From: Squalus acanthias
Taxonomy: Eukaryota
Length of the DNA stretch: 64,000 bases
Direction: 5' to 3'
Assembly (NCBI GenBank): GCA_030390025.1
Contig: CM059452.1
Coordinates: 7,812,001 to 7,876,000, forward strand
The notes below the pieces were generated by a model, which was not told the DNA's origin, made no database searches, and saw only the letters and a program-made list of their open reading frames with translations. Below, piece by piece: positions 49,763 through 62,524 of the stretch; within the stretch, counting starts at the first letter, position 1; each line of letters begins with the position of its first letter. Both the position numbers and the translations under genes were made by a program.

Positions 49763-52677
49763 CCCATCAGAGTAAAGACACCTTTACCCCTGCCTTTTTA
49801 TGTCAAGACCCAGAGGCGGAATGACTGCATAGCGACCAACAGCGACCAGGCGCACCTCGCAGTCTTCTCTAATATTATGGTCTGCAACAGTGACATGCCA
49901 GGTTCTAATAAAGAGCAGGGCTCTGCTCCATCACAGTTTGATACATTACAGTACATGGCAGAGTAAATCTCCCTCTACACTGTCCCATCAAACACTTCCA
50001 GAGCAGGTACACACTTGTTAGATACAGAGTAAAGCTCCCTCTACACTGTCCCATCAAACACTCCCAGGGCAGGTACAGCATGGGTTAGATACAGAGTAAA
50101 GCTCCCTCTACACTGTCCCATCAAACACTCCCACGGCAGCTGCACACTTGTTAGATATCTGACACAGACACACTGGGGAGCACAAACCCTGGAAATGATT
50201 CTCAGAGTCTGGGGCCTATCCGGCACACAGGCTCTCTCTCCAGCTTTTCTGTTATACACACTCAGGCACTCTTCACTTTACTGTTATAAACACAGAGATT
50301 ATGTTTCCAACTTCTCTGTTATAAACACAGACTCTCGAACTTCCCTGTTACACATTCACTCTTTCTCTCCACCTATTCTGGTGTATACGCACACAGACAC
50401 CCAGGGCAGAGAGGAAAGAAGGAGAGATTGTATTTGAGGGAGAGGGGATTAGGATCACGCGGTGTCCTCAGGTATATTTGGTCACTGCTGGACACAGGTT
50501 GTGTGACAGTCGGACAAAATCAAATTCTGATGGAATATCGTTCTAGTTTTGTTCAGGCCAAGTGAGCGAGTGTAGCCCTCCTCTCGGGGAGGGCGCTATA
50601 GAATGTATTTTTTGTTTTGGATTAGACCCTTTAATGGTGTCCCGAGTTCAAATGGTCCACACAGACCAATGAAAGAGTAGGCCCAGCACTGGGGTAACCA
50701 CTTCCAACCCTTCTCCAATCTGAGCCACACCCATTTACCCTGACCATCTGTCTCCTGTATCCCTGACGACCTTTCTCCCTGCTCTGCTCCATTCCCTCTT
50801 GTACCATCTCCATGAACTCAGTGAACATCACTACTGTGTACCGCCAGTGACCTTCAGATCTCTGATCCCTGTTTCCCTGTAGTTTTGCTCCACGTCCTTA
50901 ACCGGATCCTCGGGCTCTTTCGATGCCTCCCCGCCCCGGGAACATCTCCAGAGGTTTCTGGCCAGACCCGAGTATCTTCTGGCATTCTCCTTTTGATGCA
51001 GTGCTGCTTTCCCTCTGAGCTCCTGGAGTCCAGGCGCGAGGTCTCCTGTGGTTGAGTATATGATAGGGTTGAGGAACGGATGAATTAGGCGGCCCTTCTG
51101 AAGGGCTGAGAAGGAACATTGCAAATGGATGGAGTTGCTGTTTAAACTATGTCTCTGCCCCAATTTCTCTCCCTCCCCTCAAAGCGACAAATACCTTCAG
51201 CCACCATTGCTGTCTCTCCCGGCTCTGTATCCTGTCCCCAGGCTCCGAGAATATCGGGTGGTGCAGGGCCCATTGAAGACTTTCCGAGCTGACCCCCCAG
51301 GGTCACAGCCCTGGGTCAGGGGTCATAGGCTGCACACACGCGGAATCTTTAGCGCTGACCGGAGCCTGGAAACTGCCCGTGACCTCTGACCCTCAATGAA
51401 TGTGAAAAACAGCCAATCGCGGTGCTGTGACATGCGAAAAGCATTGTGGCGTCATCCAGTGCAGGGCAAAGCGGTGACGGCCATGTTTGTGTGACGTGCG
51501 GTGTGACGTGTGACTTCAATTCCCACAAAAGAAACGGTCTCCCTTTCTTAATAAAAAGGAGAAAATATGAGACAGAAATAAAGATACAGACAACAATAAT
51601 TGAAGCGGTTGGCGAGTTGCGCATGTGCGAACAGTGCTCCCAGGGAGCAGCACGGCCCGTGGTCGACATTGGGCCTATCCTGGCCCGCTGTGCATTGTGG
51701 GAATCACTGTCCTTCATGGCTGCTTAAATCACTGACAGGGTGTGAGCCAACTGAACCACTGAATAGCAATTTATTACAGCCTCCCTCGGGGAAACTGCCA
51801 CACAGTCAGAGTTCTCCTTACAGGCCAATAGCACTTGGTCAGATTTATTGCAGGTTAACTGACGCACGGAAGTTCAATGAGGCAACCAGTGACCGGAACA
51901 GCAAGAATAGCGAAAGAGATCAGAAATCTCTCTATTTTCTCCACAGATCTCCCGAAACATTCAACTAATTTTCTCTTTCATGTCCTCTCCCATTCGGTTG
52001 TGGGTTTCCAACACCTCTGTTTTCAAGCTTGGAAAGTGTCATCTAAATATAGTGAAACTGAAATAGAGTAATGGGTCGGAGGATATCCCGAGCACCCCAA
52101 TACATTAAATACTTGGTTTTGAAGGAATACACGAGATGAAATAACACACACAGGCAGAATATGGGAACCAGATCCTGTCCCATTAACGGAGCGACCAGCA
52201 GGAGGTTCCTGGCCCTGTCAGCAACCTCTTTCTCGGAGCTGATCTTAACATTATTCACTGACCTGTCTGCAGTTCCTGTTTATGGGAAGCTGGGTTAGAG
52301 CGGTTCTGAATTAATATGCCGTGCAGCAGTAAAGGTTTTACATCGTTAAACTAAAGACTGGAAGAAGAAAGTCCATACGATTAGTAAAGAGTGGAGACAA
52401 GGGATGAGAAGAGACAGGCAGGCCCGGAAATTACATCAAAAGACAAAAGGTGAGTTGTGGAACCACAGACATGATTGCTGAAGTTCATTTTTAGTATAAA
52501 TGCGAGTTGAAATCACAAACTAATATAATTCGGCCAGGGGACCTCACCTGTTCTTGTTGAGTGCTGTGTTGTTTTGTACTTTTAAGGAGGTCCGTGTGAC
52601 TCTCACTGTGGAGGCTGAATTATTGCTTCTGGTTATCGGTGTGAGAGCGCCCTCTCAGTGTGCGTTTTGGTACACTA

Positions 52678-52773
52678 GGGACGTTGAAAAGTTACAATTT
52701 ATGCTCATTGAGGTTCCTTCCAGATATTGGGCTTCTGTTGGCCACTGCTTGAAGGAGTCTCCAGAACTCAGTT
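52678..52773 (-). pseudogene. TCR V fragment (V8), 5' part of a V1 paralogue
   Basis: cag|AA CTG.. LSSGDSFKQWPTEAQYLEGTSMSINCNFST, then abrupt end. Confidence 0.8.
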
Positions 52774-52814
52774 CTGCAGAAAACATTCCTGGTTTCCCAT
52801 GGAAACAGAACGAA

Positions 52815-53360
52815 AGTGAGAGTGACTGCCCTTGATATCAAGGCAGCATTTGACCGAGTGTGGCATCAAGGAGCCCGAGTAAAAGGGAAGTCAATGGGAA
52901 TCAGGGGGAAAACTCTCCACTGGCTAGAGTCATACCTAGCACAAAGGAAGATGGTTGAAGGTCAATCATCAAAGCCCCAGGACATCGCTGCAGGAGTTCC
53001 TCAGGGCAGTGTCCTAGGCCCAACCATCTCCAGCTGCTTCATCAATGACCTTCCCTCCAACATAAGGTCAGAAATGGGGATGTTCGCTGATGACTGCACA
53101 GTGCTCAGTGCCATTCGCAACTCCTCAGAAAAGGAAGCAGTCCAAGCCCGCATGCAATAAGACCAGGCAATGACTATCTCCAACAAGCGACAGTCTAACC
53201 ACCACCCCTTGACATTCAATGCCATTACCGTCGCCGAATCCCCCACCATCAATATCCTGGGGGGTTGGTGGGGGGTCACCGTTGACCATAAACTGGACCA
53301 GCCACATAAATACTGTGGCAACAAGAGCAGATCAGAGGCTGGGTATTCTGTGGCGAGTTA
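52815..53360 (+). mobile_element. LINE RT fragment (same family as 14050-14870)
   Basis: ALDIKAAFDRVWH, GVPQGSVLGP, MFADD. Confidence 0.85.
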
Positions 53361-53383
53361 TCATGAGTGATTGTAATCTACAT

Positions 53384-56140
53384 ATAAGAACATAAGAACA
53401 TAAGAAATAGGAGCAGGAGTAGACCAATCGGCCCCTCGAGCCTGCTCCGCCATTCAATAAGATCATGGCTGATCTGATCCAACCTCAACTCTAAAGAACA
53501 CAAGAAGCAGGAGCAGGACCCGGCCACTCAGCCCCTGGGCCCGCTACGCCACCCACAGGGCCTTCACCGATCCGAACTCAAACTCATGTCCAATTTCCAG
53601 CCCGCTCCCCGTAAACCCTGATTCCCTTTACTTCTAGGAAACGGTCTATTTCTGTTTTAAATTTATTTAATGAAGTAGCTTCCACAGCTTCCTGGGGCAG
53701 CAAATTCCACAGACCCACTACCCTCTGAGTGAAAAAGTTTCTCCTCATCTCAGTTTTGAAAGAGCAGCCCCTTATTCTAAGATTATGTCCCCTAGTTCTA
53801 GTTTCACCCATCATTGGGAACATCCTCACCGCGTCCACCCGATCAAGCCCCTTCATAATCTTATATGTTTCAATAAGATCGCCTCTCATTCTTCTGAACT
53901 CCAATGAGTAGAGTCCCAATCTACTCAACCTCTCCTCGTATGTCCACCCCCTCATCCCCGGAATTAACCGAGTGAACCTTCTTTGTACTGCCTCGAGAGC
54001 AAGTATGTCTTTTCTTAAGTATGGACACCAAAACTGTATGCAGTACTCCAGGTGCGGTCTCACCAATACCCTATACAACTGCAGCAATACCTCCCTGTTT
54101 TTATATTCTATCCCCCTAGCAATAAAAGCCAACATTCCATTGGCTTTCTTGATCACCTGCTGCACCTGCATACTAACTTTTTGATTTTCTTGCACCAAGA
54201 CCCCCAGATCCCTTTGTACTGCAGTACTTTCCAGTTTCTCGCCATTAAGATAATAACTTGCTCTCTGATTTTTCCTGCCAAAGTGCATAACCTCACATTT
54301 TCCAATATTGTATTGCATCTGCCAAATCTCTGCCCACTCACCCAGCCTGTCGATATCCCCTTTTAGGTTTTTTATGTCCTCCTCACTCTCTACTTTCCCT
54401 CCCATCTTTGTATCATCTGCAAACTTTGATATGTTACACTCGGTCCCCTCCTCCAAATCGTTAATATAGATTGTAAAGAGTTGGGGACCCAGCACCGACC
54501 CCTGCGGAACACCACTGGCTACTGGTTGCCAGTCCGAGAATGAACCATTTATCCCAACTCTCTGCTTCCTGTTAGATAACCAATCCTCCACCCATGCCAG
54601 AATATTACCCCCAATCCAGTGATTTTTTTATCTTGAGTAATAATCTTTTATGTGGCACCTTGTCGAATGCCTTCTGGAAGTCTAAATACACTACATCCAC
54701 TGGTTCCCCTTTATCCACCCTGTACGTTATGTCCTCAAAGAACTCGAGCAAATTTGTCAGACATGACTTCCCCTTCATAAAGCCATGCTGACTTTGTCCT
54801 ATTAAATTATGTTTATCTAAATGTTCCGTTACTGTCTCCTTAATAATAGACTCCAAAATTTTACCCACCACAGATGTTAGGCTAACTGGTCTATAATTTC
54901 CAGCCTTCTGCCTACAACCTTTTTTAAATAAGTGTGTTACATTAGCAGTTTTCCAATCTGCTGGGACCTTTGCTGAGTTCAGGGAGTTTTGGAAAATTAT
55001 TACCAAAGCATCCACAATTCCTACTGCCACTTCCCTCAAGACCCTAGGATGTAAGCCATCAGGTCCAGGGGATTTATCCGCCTTGAGTCCCATTATTTTA
55101 CTGAGTACCAATTCCTTAGTGATTTTAATCGTATTTAGCTCCTCCCCCACTAGAGCCCCCTGTTTGTCCAGTGTTGGGATATTCTTAGTGTCCTCTACCG
55201 TAAAGACTGAAACAAAATATTTGTTCAGCATTTTTGCCATCTCCATGTTTCCCACCATTAATTTCCCGGTCTCATCCTCTAAGGGACCTACGTTTACCTT
55301 AACCACCCTTTTTCTTTTTATATCATTATAGAAACTCTTGCTATCTGTTTTTATATTTTTTGCTAATTTATTTTCATAGTCTATTTTCCCTTTCTTAATC
55401 AATCCTTTAGTTACTTTTTGTTGTCTTTTGAAGACTTCCCAATCTTCTATCCTCCCACTAACTTTGGCTACCTTATATGTCCTTGTTTTTAGTTGGATAC
55501 TTTCTTTAATTTCTTTACTTAGCCATGGATGGCTGTCATTTCTTTTACAACTTTTTTTCCTCAGTGGAATATATTTATTTTGAAAGTTGTAAAATAACTC
55601 CTTGAATGAACACCACTGCTCATGTACCGTCTTACCCTTTAATCTATTTTCCCAGTCCACTTTAATCAATTCTGCTCTCATGCCATCATAGTCTCCTTTA
55701 TTCAAGATCAGTATGCTTGTTTGAGAACCAACCTTCTCACCCTCTAATTGGATTTGGAATTCAACCATGTTATGGTCACTCATTCCAAGGGGATCCTTAA
55801 CTAGGACATTATTAATTAATCCAGACTCATTACACAGTACCAGGTCCAAGGTTGCTTGCCCCTTTGTAGGATCAGTTACATACTGCTCAAGAAATCCATC
55901 CCTAAGAAACTCAATAAACTCTTCCTCAAGGCTGCTCTGCCCAATTTGATTTGTCCAGTTAATATGATAGTTAAAACCCCCAATAATTATAGCTGTTCCC
56001 TTATTACATGCCCAACTATTTCCTGATTAATACTTCTTCCAACAGAGTTGCAACTATTAGGAGGCGTATATACTACGTCCACCAGTGTTTTTTTCCCCTT
56101 ATTATTCCTAATCTCTACCCAAACTGTTTCATTATCCTGA
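53384..56140 (-). mobile_element. young CR1 LINE, ~2.75 kb, part of EN plus RT, one frameshift
   Basis: ORFs 54605-55849 (SDHN, SPGPDG, LDFQKAFD) and 53584-54591 (KFADD); (ATAAGAAC)n tail. Confidence 0.95.
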
Positions 56141-58162
56141 TATAGATTGGGCTAACCAAATTAGTAACAATACCGTGGAGGAGGAATTCCTAGAGTGTAT
56201 ACGGGATGGTTTCCTGGACCAATATGTCGAGGAACCAACTAGAGACCAGGCCATCTTAGACTGGGTATTATGTAATGAGAAAGGATTTATTTGCAATCTT
56301 GTTGTGCGAGGCCCCTTGGGGAGGAGCGATCATAATATGACAGAATTCTTCATTAAGATGGAGAGTGAATTAGTTGACTCAGAGACTAGGGACCTGAATT
56401 TAAATAAAGGAAACTACGATGGTATGAGGCGCAGGTTGGCTAGGATGGATTGGGGGACGTTACTTAAAGGGTTGACGGTGGATAGGCAATGGCAAACATT
56501 TAAAGATCGCATGGATGAACTACCGAATTTGTTCATCCCTGTTTGGCATAAAAATAAAACAAAAAAGTTGACTCAACCGTGGCTAACAAGGGAAATTAGG
56601 GATAGCATAAAATCCAAAGACATGACATATAAATTGGCCAGAAAAAGCAGCAAACCTCAGGTTTGGGAGAAGTTTAGGATTCAGCAAAGGAGGACAAAGG
56701 GATTAATTAAGAGGGGGGAAACAGAGTATGAGAGTAAGCTTGCAGGGAACATAAAAACTGACTGTAAAAGCTTCTATATATATGTAAAGAGAAAAAGATT
56801 GGTGAAGTCAAGCGTAGGTCCCTTGCAGTCAGAATCAGGGGAATTTATAATGGGGAACAAAGAAATGGCAGACCAATTAAATACATACTTTGGCTCTGTC
56901 TTCACAAAGGAGGACACAAATAACCTCCCAGAGATGTCGGGGAACATAGGGTCCAATGAGAGGGAGGAACTGAATGAAATCAGTATTTGTAGGGAAAAGG
57001 TGTTAGGGAAATTGACGGGATTGAAGGCCGATAAATCCACAGGGCCTGATAATCTACATCCTAGGGTACTTGGATAGAAAACTGGTTGGCAGACAGGAAG
57101 CAAAGTGTTGGAATAAACGGGTCTTTTTTCCGAGTGCCAGGCAGTGACTAGTGGGGTACCGCTGGGATCGGTGCTGGGACCCCAGCTATTCACAATATAT
57201 ATTAATGATCTAGGCGAGGGAACTAGATGTAATATCTCCAAGTTTGCAGACGACACAAAGCTGGGTGGGCGTGTGTGCTGTGAAGAGGATGCAGAGAAAA
57301 TCCAGTATGATTTGGACAGGTTGGGTGATTGGGCAGATGCATGGCAGATGCATTATAATGTGGATAAATGCGAGGTTATCCACTTTGTTGGCAAAAACAG
57401 GAAGGCAGATTATTATCTGAACGGCAATAGATTGGGAAAAGGGGAAGTGCAACGAGACCTGGGTGCCCTTGTGCACCAGTCGCTGAAGGTAAGCATACAG
57501 GTGCAGCAGGCGGTTAAGAAGGCAAATGGTATGTTGGCCTTCATAGCGAGAGGATTCGAGTACAGGAGCAATGATGTCTTGCTGCAGTTGTACAGGGCCT
57601 TTGTGAGACCACACCTTGAGTATTGTGTGCAGTGTTAGTCGTCTTATCTGAGGAAGGATGTTCTTGCCATGGAGGGAGTTTAGCAAAGATTCACCAGACT
57701 GATACCTGGGATGGCATGAATGACGTATGAAGAGAGATTGGGTCGATTAGGCTTATATTCGCTAGAGTTTAGAAGAATGAGAGAGGATCTCATTGAAACT
57801 TATAAAATTCTAACAGGACTAGACAGACTAGATGCAGGAAGGATGTTCCCGATGGCGGGGGAGTCCAGAACCAGAGGTCACAGTCTAAGGATAAGGGCTA
57901 AGCCATTTAGGACTGAGATGAGGAGGAATTTCTTCACCCAGAGAGTGGTGAACCTGTGGAATTCTCTACCACAGAAGGCAGTTGAGGCCAATTCATTAAA
58001 TATATTCAAGAAGGAGATAGATATATTTCTTAAGACTAAAGGGATATGGGGAGAAAGCAGGGACAGGGTACTGAATTTGGATGATCAGCCATGATCTCAT
58101 TAAATGGCGGAGCAGGCTCGAGGGGCCGAATGGCCTACTCCTGCTCCTATCTTCTATGCTTC
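56141..58162 (+). mobile_element. CR1 LINE with an internal deletion at ~57070
   Basis: ORFs 56175-57077, 57144-57638 and 57720-58094; LHPRVL jumps directly to WIENWL. Confidence 0.93.
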
Positions 58163-58205
58163 TAAAATGATGTGCTGTTATCTGTCTAATTCTAAACCAG
58201 ACACC

Positions 58206-58637
58206 ATGTGCTCCCCGTGTTCTATACTGATAATAATGGTCGTGCTGTCCAGTGAGTATATGTGTAAATGGTCATTGTGTGTTTCGCGGATTATCCTCAC
58301 TCCCAGACTTTTGACACATTCTGTGTTTTGTTACAGGAACGAGTGGCAAAGATTCAGTGTCCCAGGATCCGCCTGAATTAATGGTTCAGGAAGGAAAAAA
58401 CATTATATTGAACTGCAGTTACTCGGCAGCTGCTCCAATTCTGTTCTGGTACATCCAGTATCCCGGGGAAGCTCCGAGATATTTACTGAGGATATATAGC
58501 TCGGGGACGGTAGACCGGTCTCCAGATTTCCCAGTCCGGTTCTCTGCTGTTTTGCATAGAGACAGCAAAACGGTTCCTTTAAATATCACCGCGGTTCTTG
58601 TCTCCGACAGCGCCGTGTATTTCTGTGCCATGAGCCC
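58206..58637 (+). CDS. TCR alpha/delta-type V segment, intact frame (V9; V3 family)
   Basis: Leader 58206-58251; exon 58337-58637 KDSVSQDP..LNCSYS..LFWYIQYPGEAP..DSAVYFCAMS; RSS CACATTG 58638-58644, 24-bp spacer, ACAAAAACC 58669-58677. Confidence 0.9.
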
Positions 58638-58701
58638 CACATTGCTGCAGAGATATAGCGGATCCCGTACAAAAACCCACACTGAGAGTTCCAGTTAGTG
58701 A

Positions 58702-58715
58702 TCACCAGAGGGCGC
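58702..58715 (+). promoter_or_regulatory. CTCF-like motif ~25 bp after the V9 RSS
   Basis: TCACCAGAGGGCGC. Confidence 0.55.
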
Positions 58716-58919
58716 TCTCACATCGATAACCAGCAGCGATAATTCAGCCTCCACAGCGAGAGTCACAGGGAGATTCTTAACAGAGCGACATGTCACAACA
58801 CTCAACAAAAACAGGTCATGTCCACTTGGGGATCTTTTAGGTGATTTCAACTCGTATTCATAACAAAAATGAACTTCACAAATCATGTCTGTGGCGCCTT
58901 AGCTCCCCTTTTGTCCTTT

Positions 58920-59437
58920 TTCTATTGTGTACATTTCTGGGCACCACACGTTAGGAAGGATGCCAAGGCCCTGGAGAGGGTACAGAGGAGGTTTACCAGG
59001 ATGATACCAGGGATGAGGGACTTCAGTTATGTGGAGAGATTGGAGAAGCTGGGATTGTTCTCCTAAGAGCAGAGAAGGTTAAGGGGAGACCTAATAGAAG
59101 TATTCAAAATTATGAGGAGTTTTGACAGAGCAAATAGGGAGAAAGTATTTCCTCTGGCAAGTAGGTTGATAACCAAAGGGAATAGATTTAAAATAATTGG
59201 AAAAAGAACTAGAGTGGAAATGAGGAGACATTTCTTCACAAAGCGGGTTGTTAAGATCTGAAAGGCAATGCCTGAAAGGGTGGTGGAATCAGATTTCATG
59301 GGAACTTTCAAAAGGCAATTAGACATGTACTTGAAGAGAACTAATTTGCAGGGTTATGGAGAAAAATCTGGGGTATCGGACTAAACAGGCACGACGGGCC
59401 GAATGCCCCCTTCTGTGCTGTAAGATTCTATGATTCT
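58920..59437 (+). mobile_element. CR1 3' fragment
   Basis: YCVHFWAPHVRKD..; ATTCTATGATTCT tail. Confidence 0.88.
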
Positions 59438-59991
59438 GTGATGCCCCTTCCGTGCCTGCCTGCAATATTGTGCAGCCCTTTACTCATCTCCCCTGTCAGT
59501 GTCCCGAACCCATTGATCGCGGCCTGTACACAGAGTTTATTTGATCAGGATATGTTGCTGGGTCAGAGACATTTTATACACAATGAACAGATTTCACAAG
59601 GTAGTGATTGTGCTCTTTAAAACAGGCCCCAAGCACAGAGTTCCCCCAATGCCCATTGTCCTTCAGAATGTCTCTTTAATGCTGGAATATTTTCCGTCAC
59701 CGTTAACAATCCCTCAGCTTCCCGGTTACAATAACCAGGGAAGAGTTTCATTCCCACCCCCGGTCTATAAAAGCGGAACCATTCCCCTATAAGGACACTG
59801 ACTGTAGCCCAGCTCGGGATGTTTCCATTCACTGGCAGCCAGCTCACCACGTACCGGTCTCACAGCACCACTGGGGACACCAAGAAGTGAGGTGAGAGCA
59901 TCCTGAGACACGACAGCAGATTATTGAGGGCGGGGATTAGAACGGGTGTCTTCAAATATCCAACCCCTCTTTTACAGAGCGGACAGCGACA

Positions 59992-60268
59992 ATGCGGCTA
60001 CTCAGCATCTGGGCTGTGTGGGGGGCATTTCAGACAGGTAATTGTGGAGCAAAGACATTTAATCTTTTCTCTCATTTCCAAACATGGTTTGACTCTGAAT
60101 TTTAAACACCCGCCGGTCTGATCTTTTCCTGTTTGAACATGTTTTTCAGATCTGAGTCTTGGAGATTCTGTCACTCAGCCGCTGTCCTCGGGAGTTTAGA
60201 CAGAAGGAGACGCGGCGACTTTAAACTGTAGCTATGACACTAAATGGAGCACCTTTAATTATTTATAA
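59992..60268 (+). pseudogene. TCR V pseudogene, truncated (V10)
   Basis: Leader 59992-60037 MRLLSIWAVWGAFQT; exon from 60150 GDSVTQPLSSGV*TEGDAATLNCSYDTKWSTFNYL, then lost. Confidence 0.85.
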
Positions 60269-60574
60269 GGGATAAAAGCAAAATGGATTCAGGAAATAGC
60301 ACCCAGACCTCACATACTCTTCCCCCCCAGCCATGTCTGTTGACCTCTGAGCAGGTACCGGGTCACACCGTAGCGCTCAACACACTGACCAGGAGCAAAG
60401 GTACATGGGGCCATTCTAAAACACGGAAAGAGAGGCGAGGCCACAGAGTTCGTCTTGGGCAGTAGTGCAGGACTGGCGATAGCAAATCGAGCGGAGTGTA
60501 AAATGGGCTGCCGCCCCCAGAGTGAGGTGAAATGTTCAGAGTGACAGGTCTGATCAGAATCACTCAGTTCAGCC

Positions 60575-61058
60575 TATATCCCAGAGCACAATCCCACAGC
60601 ACCCCGTCCTATAGCCCCGAGCACAATCCCACTACAACCCGTCCTATAGCCCAGGGCACAATCCCACAGCACCCCGTCCTATAGCCCCGAGCACAATCCC
60701 ACTACACCCCGTCCTATAGCCCAGGGCACAATCCCACTACACCCCGTCCTATAGCCCCGAGCACAATCCCACTACAACCCGTCCTACAGCCCAGGGCACA
60801 ATCCCACTACACCCCGTCCTATAGCCCAGGGCACAATCCCACTACAACCCGTCCTATAGCCCAGGGCACAATCCCACTACACCCCGTCCTATAGCCCTGA
60901 GCACAATCCCACTACACCCCGTCCTATAGCCCAGGGCACAATCCCACTACACCCCGTCCTATAGCCCAGGGCACAATCCCACTACACCCCGTCCTATAGC
61001 CCTGAGCATAATCCCACTACACCCCGTCCTACAGCCCAGGGCACAATCCCACTACAAA
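60575..61058. repeat. 35-bp minisatellite (~14 units)
   Basis: GCACAATCCCACTACACCCCGTCCTATAGCCCAGG units. Confidence 0.92.
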
Positions 61059-61190
61059 ACCCTAAATCCCTCAATGCCCTCATTCTAAGCTCGATGATAC
61101 ACAATGCACAAGCAGTAGGCGCCAAACCCAAGAATGTTAATCAGAAAGTCACGTTATGCAAACGCCAAAGCCAATAGCGATCGAAGCCTG

Positions 61191-61200
61191 AGTGAGGTCA
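61191..61200 (+). promoter_or_regulatory. TCR V-promoter CRE-like decamer
   Basis: AGTGAGGTCA ~120 bp upstream of the V11 ATG, with CCAAT at 61171. Confidence 0.5.
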
Positions 61201-61321
61201 CAATGGGGCCGCCCCCAGAAGTGTGTGGGTGGAACAATGAGCTGAACAGCCCGGGTTACCGCTCTCCTTCTCAATCTCTGCCTCATTCAATTCCAAGTTA
61301 CTGTGAGAGATTCAGTCAGAC

Positions 61322-61841
61322 ATGTTTCTAATAATACTGGCGGCTGTGTTGAACAGTAAGTATTGGATTATATTAAAAACACAGGTTAGCTGGTTGATGC
61401 AAAGAGTGTGTGCAGGGATTTAGTACAATTACCGATCAGAAATATCCACATGATGGACAGCTGCGTAGATGGAGGGTTACACACTCTCATACAGATAGAC
61501 ACAAGTTTCGATTTAATCTTCTGCTCTTCTGTTCCCCTATGTTCTCAGGCGGACTATGTGTAGATCCAGTAACTCAGTCTCCGGTGACAATCGCCGTGTC
61601 AATAGGGGGTTCGGTGCAGTTAGATTGCGAATATAAAAGCCCGGATATTGACTACATGCAATGGTATCGGCAGAAACTGGCACAGCCACCAAGCTGGATA
61701 ATTAGTAAAACAGTAGCACTGAAGGGAGTCGAAATCTCAGGACAATATCTGGCGGCTGCTAACACGTCTAGAAAGTACGGTTACCTCAATATTAGCAGCC
61801 TGAGTGTGGAGGACGGGGCGGTCTATTACTGTGCAGTGAGG
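61322..61841 (+). CDS. TCR alpha/delta-type V segment, intact (V11)
   Basis: Leader 61322-61355 MFLIILAAVLN; exon 61549-61841 DPVTQSP..QLDCEY..MQWYRQ..EDGAVYYCAVR; RSS CACAGCG 61842-61848, 23-bp spacer, ACAAATCTC 61872-61880. Confidence 0.9.
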
Positions 61842-62011
61842 CACAGCGTCAGAAAAAGCAAAGGCCCCTAAACAAATCTCAGCGAGAATTTACAGATCCA
61901 TTAAGTATTCTTCTGTGCTGTTATCTGTGGGGTTAATTTGATCCTAAACCCAATGAGACAATATACTATCAGGTTTCTATATCAAACAGTTGTATTCGTG
62001 TCTGTGCCTTT

Positions 62012-62346
62012 CAACCGCTCTGGGAAATCTGGAGACTTGTCTCCCTGCACCGAGATGTATCTCCTCATTCATTATCTCGGATCATCCCCGGGGCTACTGG
62101 TTGTACCAGAAGAGGAAGGGAAATCTATCGGCGTGGAGTAACTAGTGTTCAGTATTAAGATCTGTCCTTCCTGAACTGTTAAATCAGGTGGATCCTGTGT
62201 TAATGAGGCTTCGCCAGTGCAACAAAATACATAATCTGTCAAAAGTCTGGGAGTAAATATAACCCATGAAATACATACGTTCCTTTAAACATAGACTCAC
62301 CGGGCAGCACGACCACTAATATCAGTGCGGAACATGGGGAGCACAT
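62012..62346 (-). pseudogene. TCR V pseudogene (V12; V3/V9 family)
   Basis: Leader 62301-62346 MCSPCSALILVVVLP; acceptor lost, first Cys lost, stops, 3'-truncated after SPDFPER. Confidence 0.85.
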
Positions 62347-62524
62347 GGTGTCTGGTATGGATGGGAGGCTCCGGCATCAGAACAACATTAACTATAGCCC
62401 TTCACTGCTCCCCCTCAGCAGCAAACGGAAGCTGTGAGCGGTGCTGATGAAGAGGGAGTAAGAAGAAGGAAATACTCGCCTGGTGCTCCCTTTCTCTCGC
62501 AATTCGCCCTTTCTCTGAAGCGTA

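Noticed and set aside
53384-58162. A single LINE with a twin-priming 5' inversion, or an active element
   Set aside because: Both halves cover overlapping ORF2 regions, have their own 3' tails and differ in sequence; both are truncated and disrupted
2579-62346. NAR-TCR, IgNAR or IgW components
   Set aside because: No NAR-type V and no convincing leaderless supporting V-delta with an extra CDR1 Cys (V6 lacks a visible leader but is a decayed pseudogene); the C exons are mu-type with four domains
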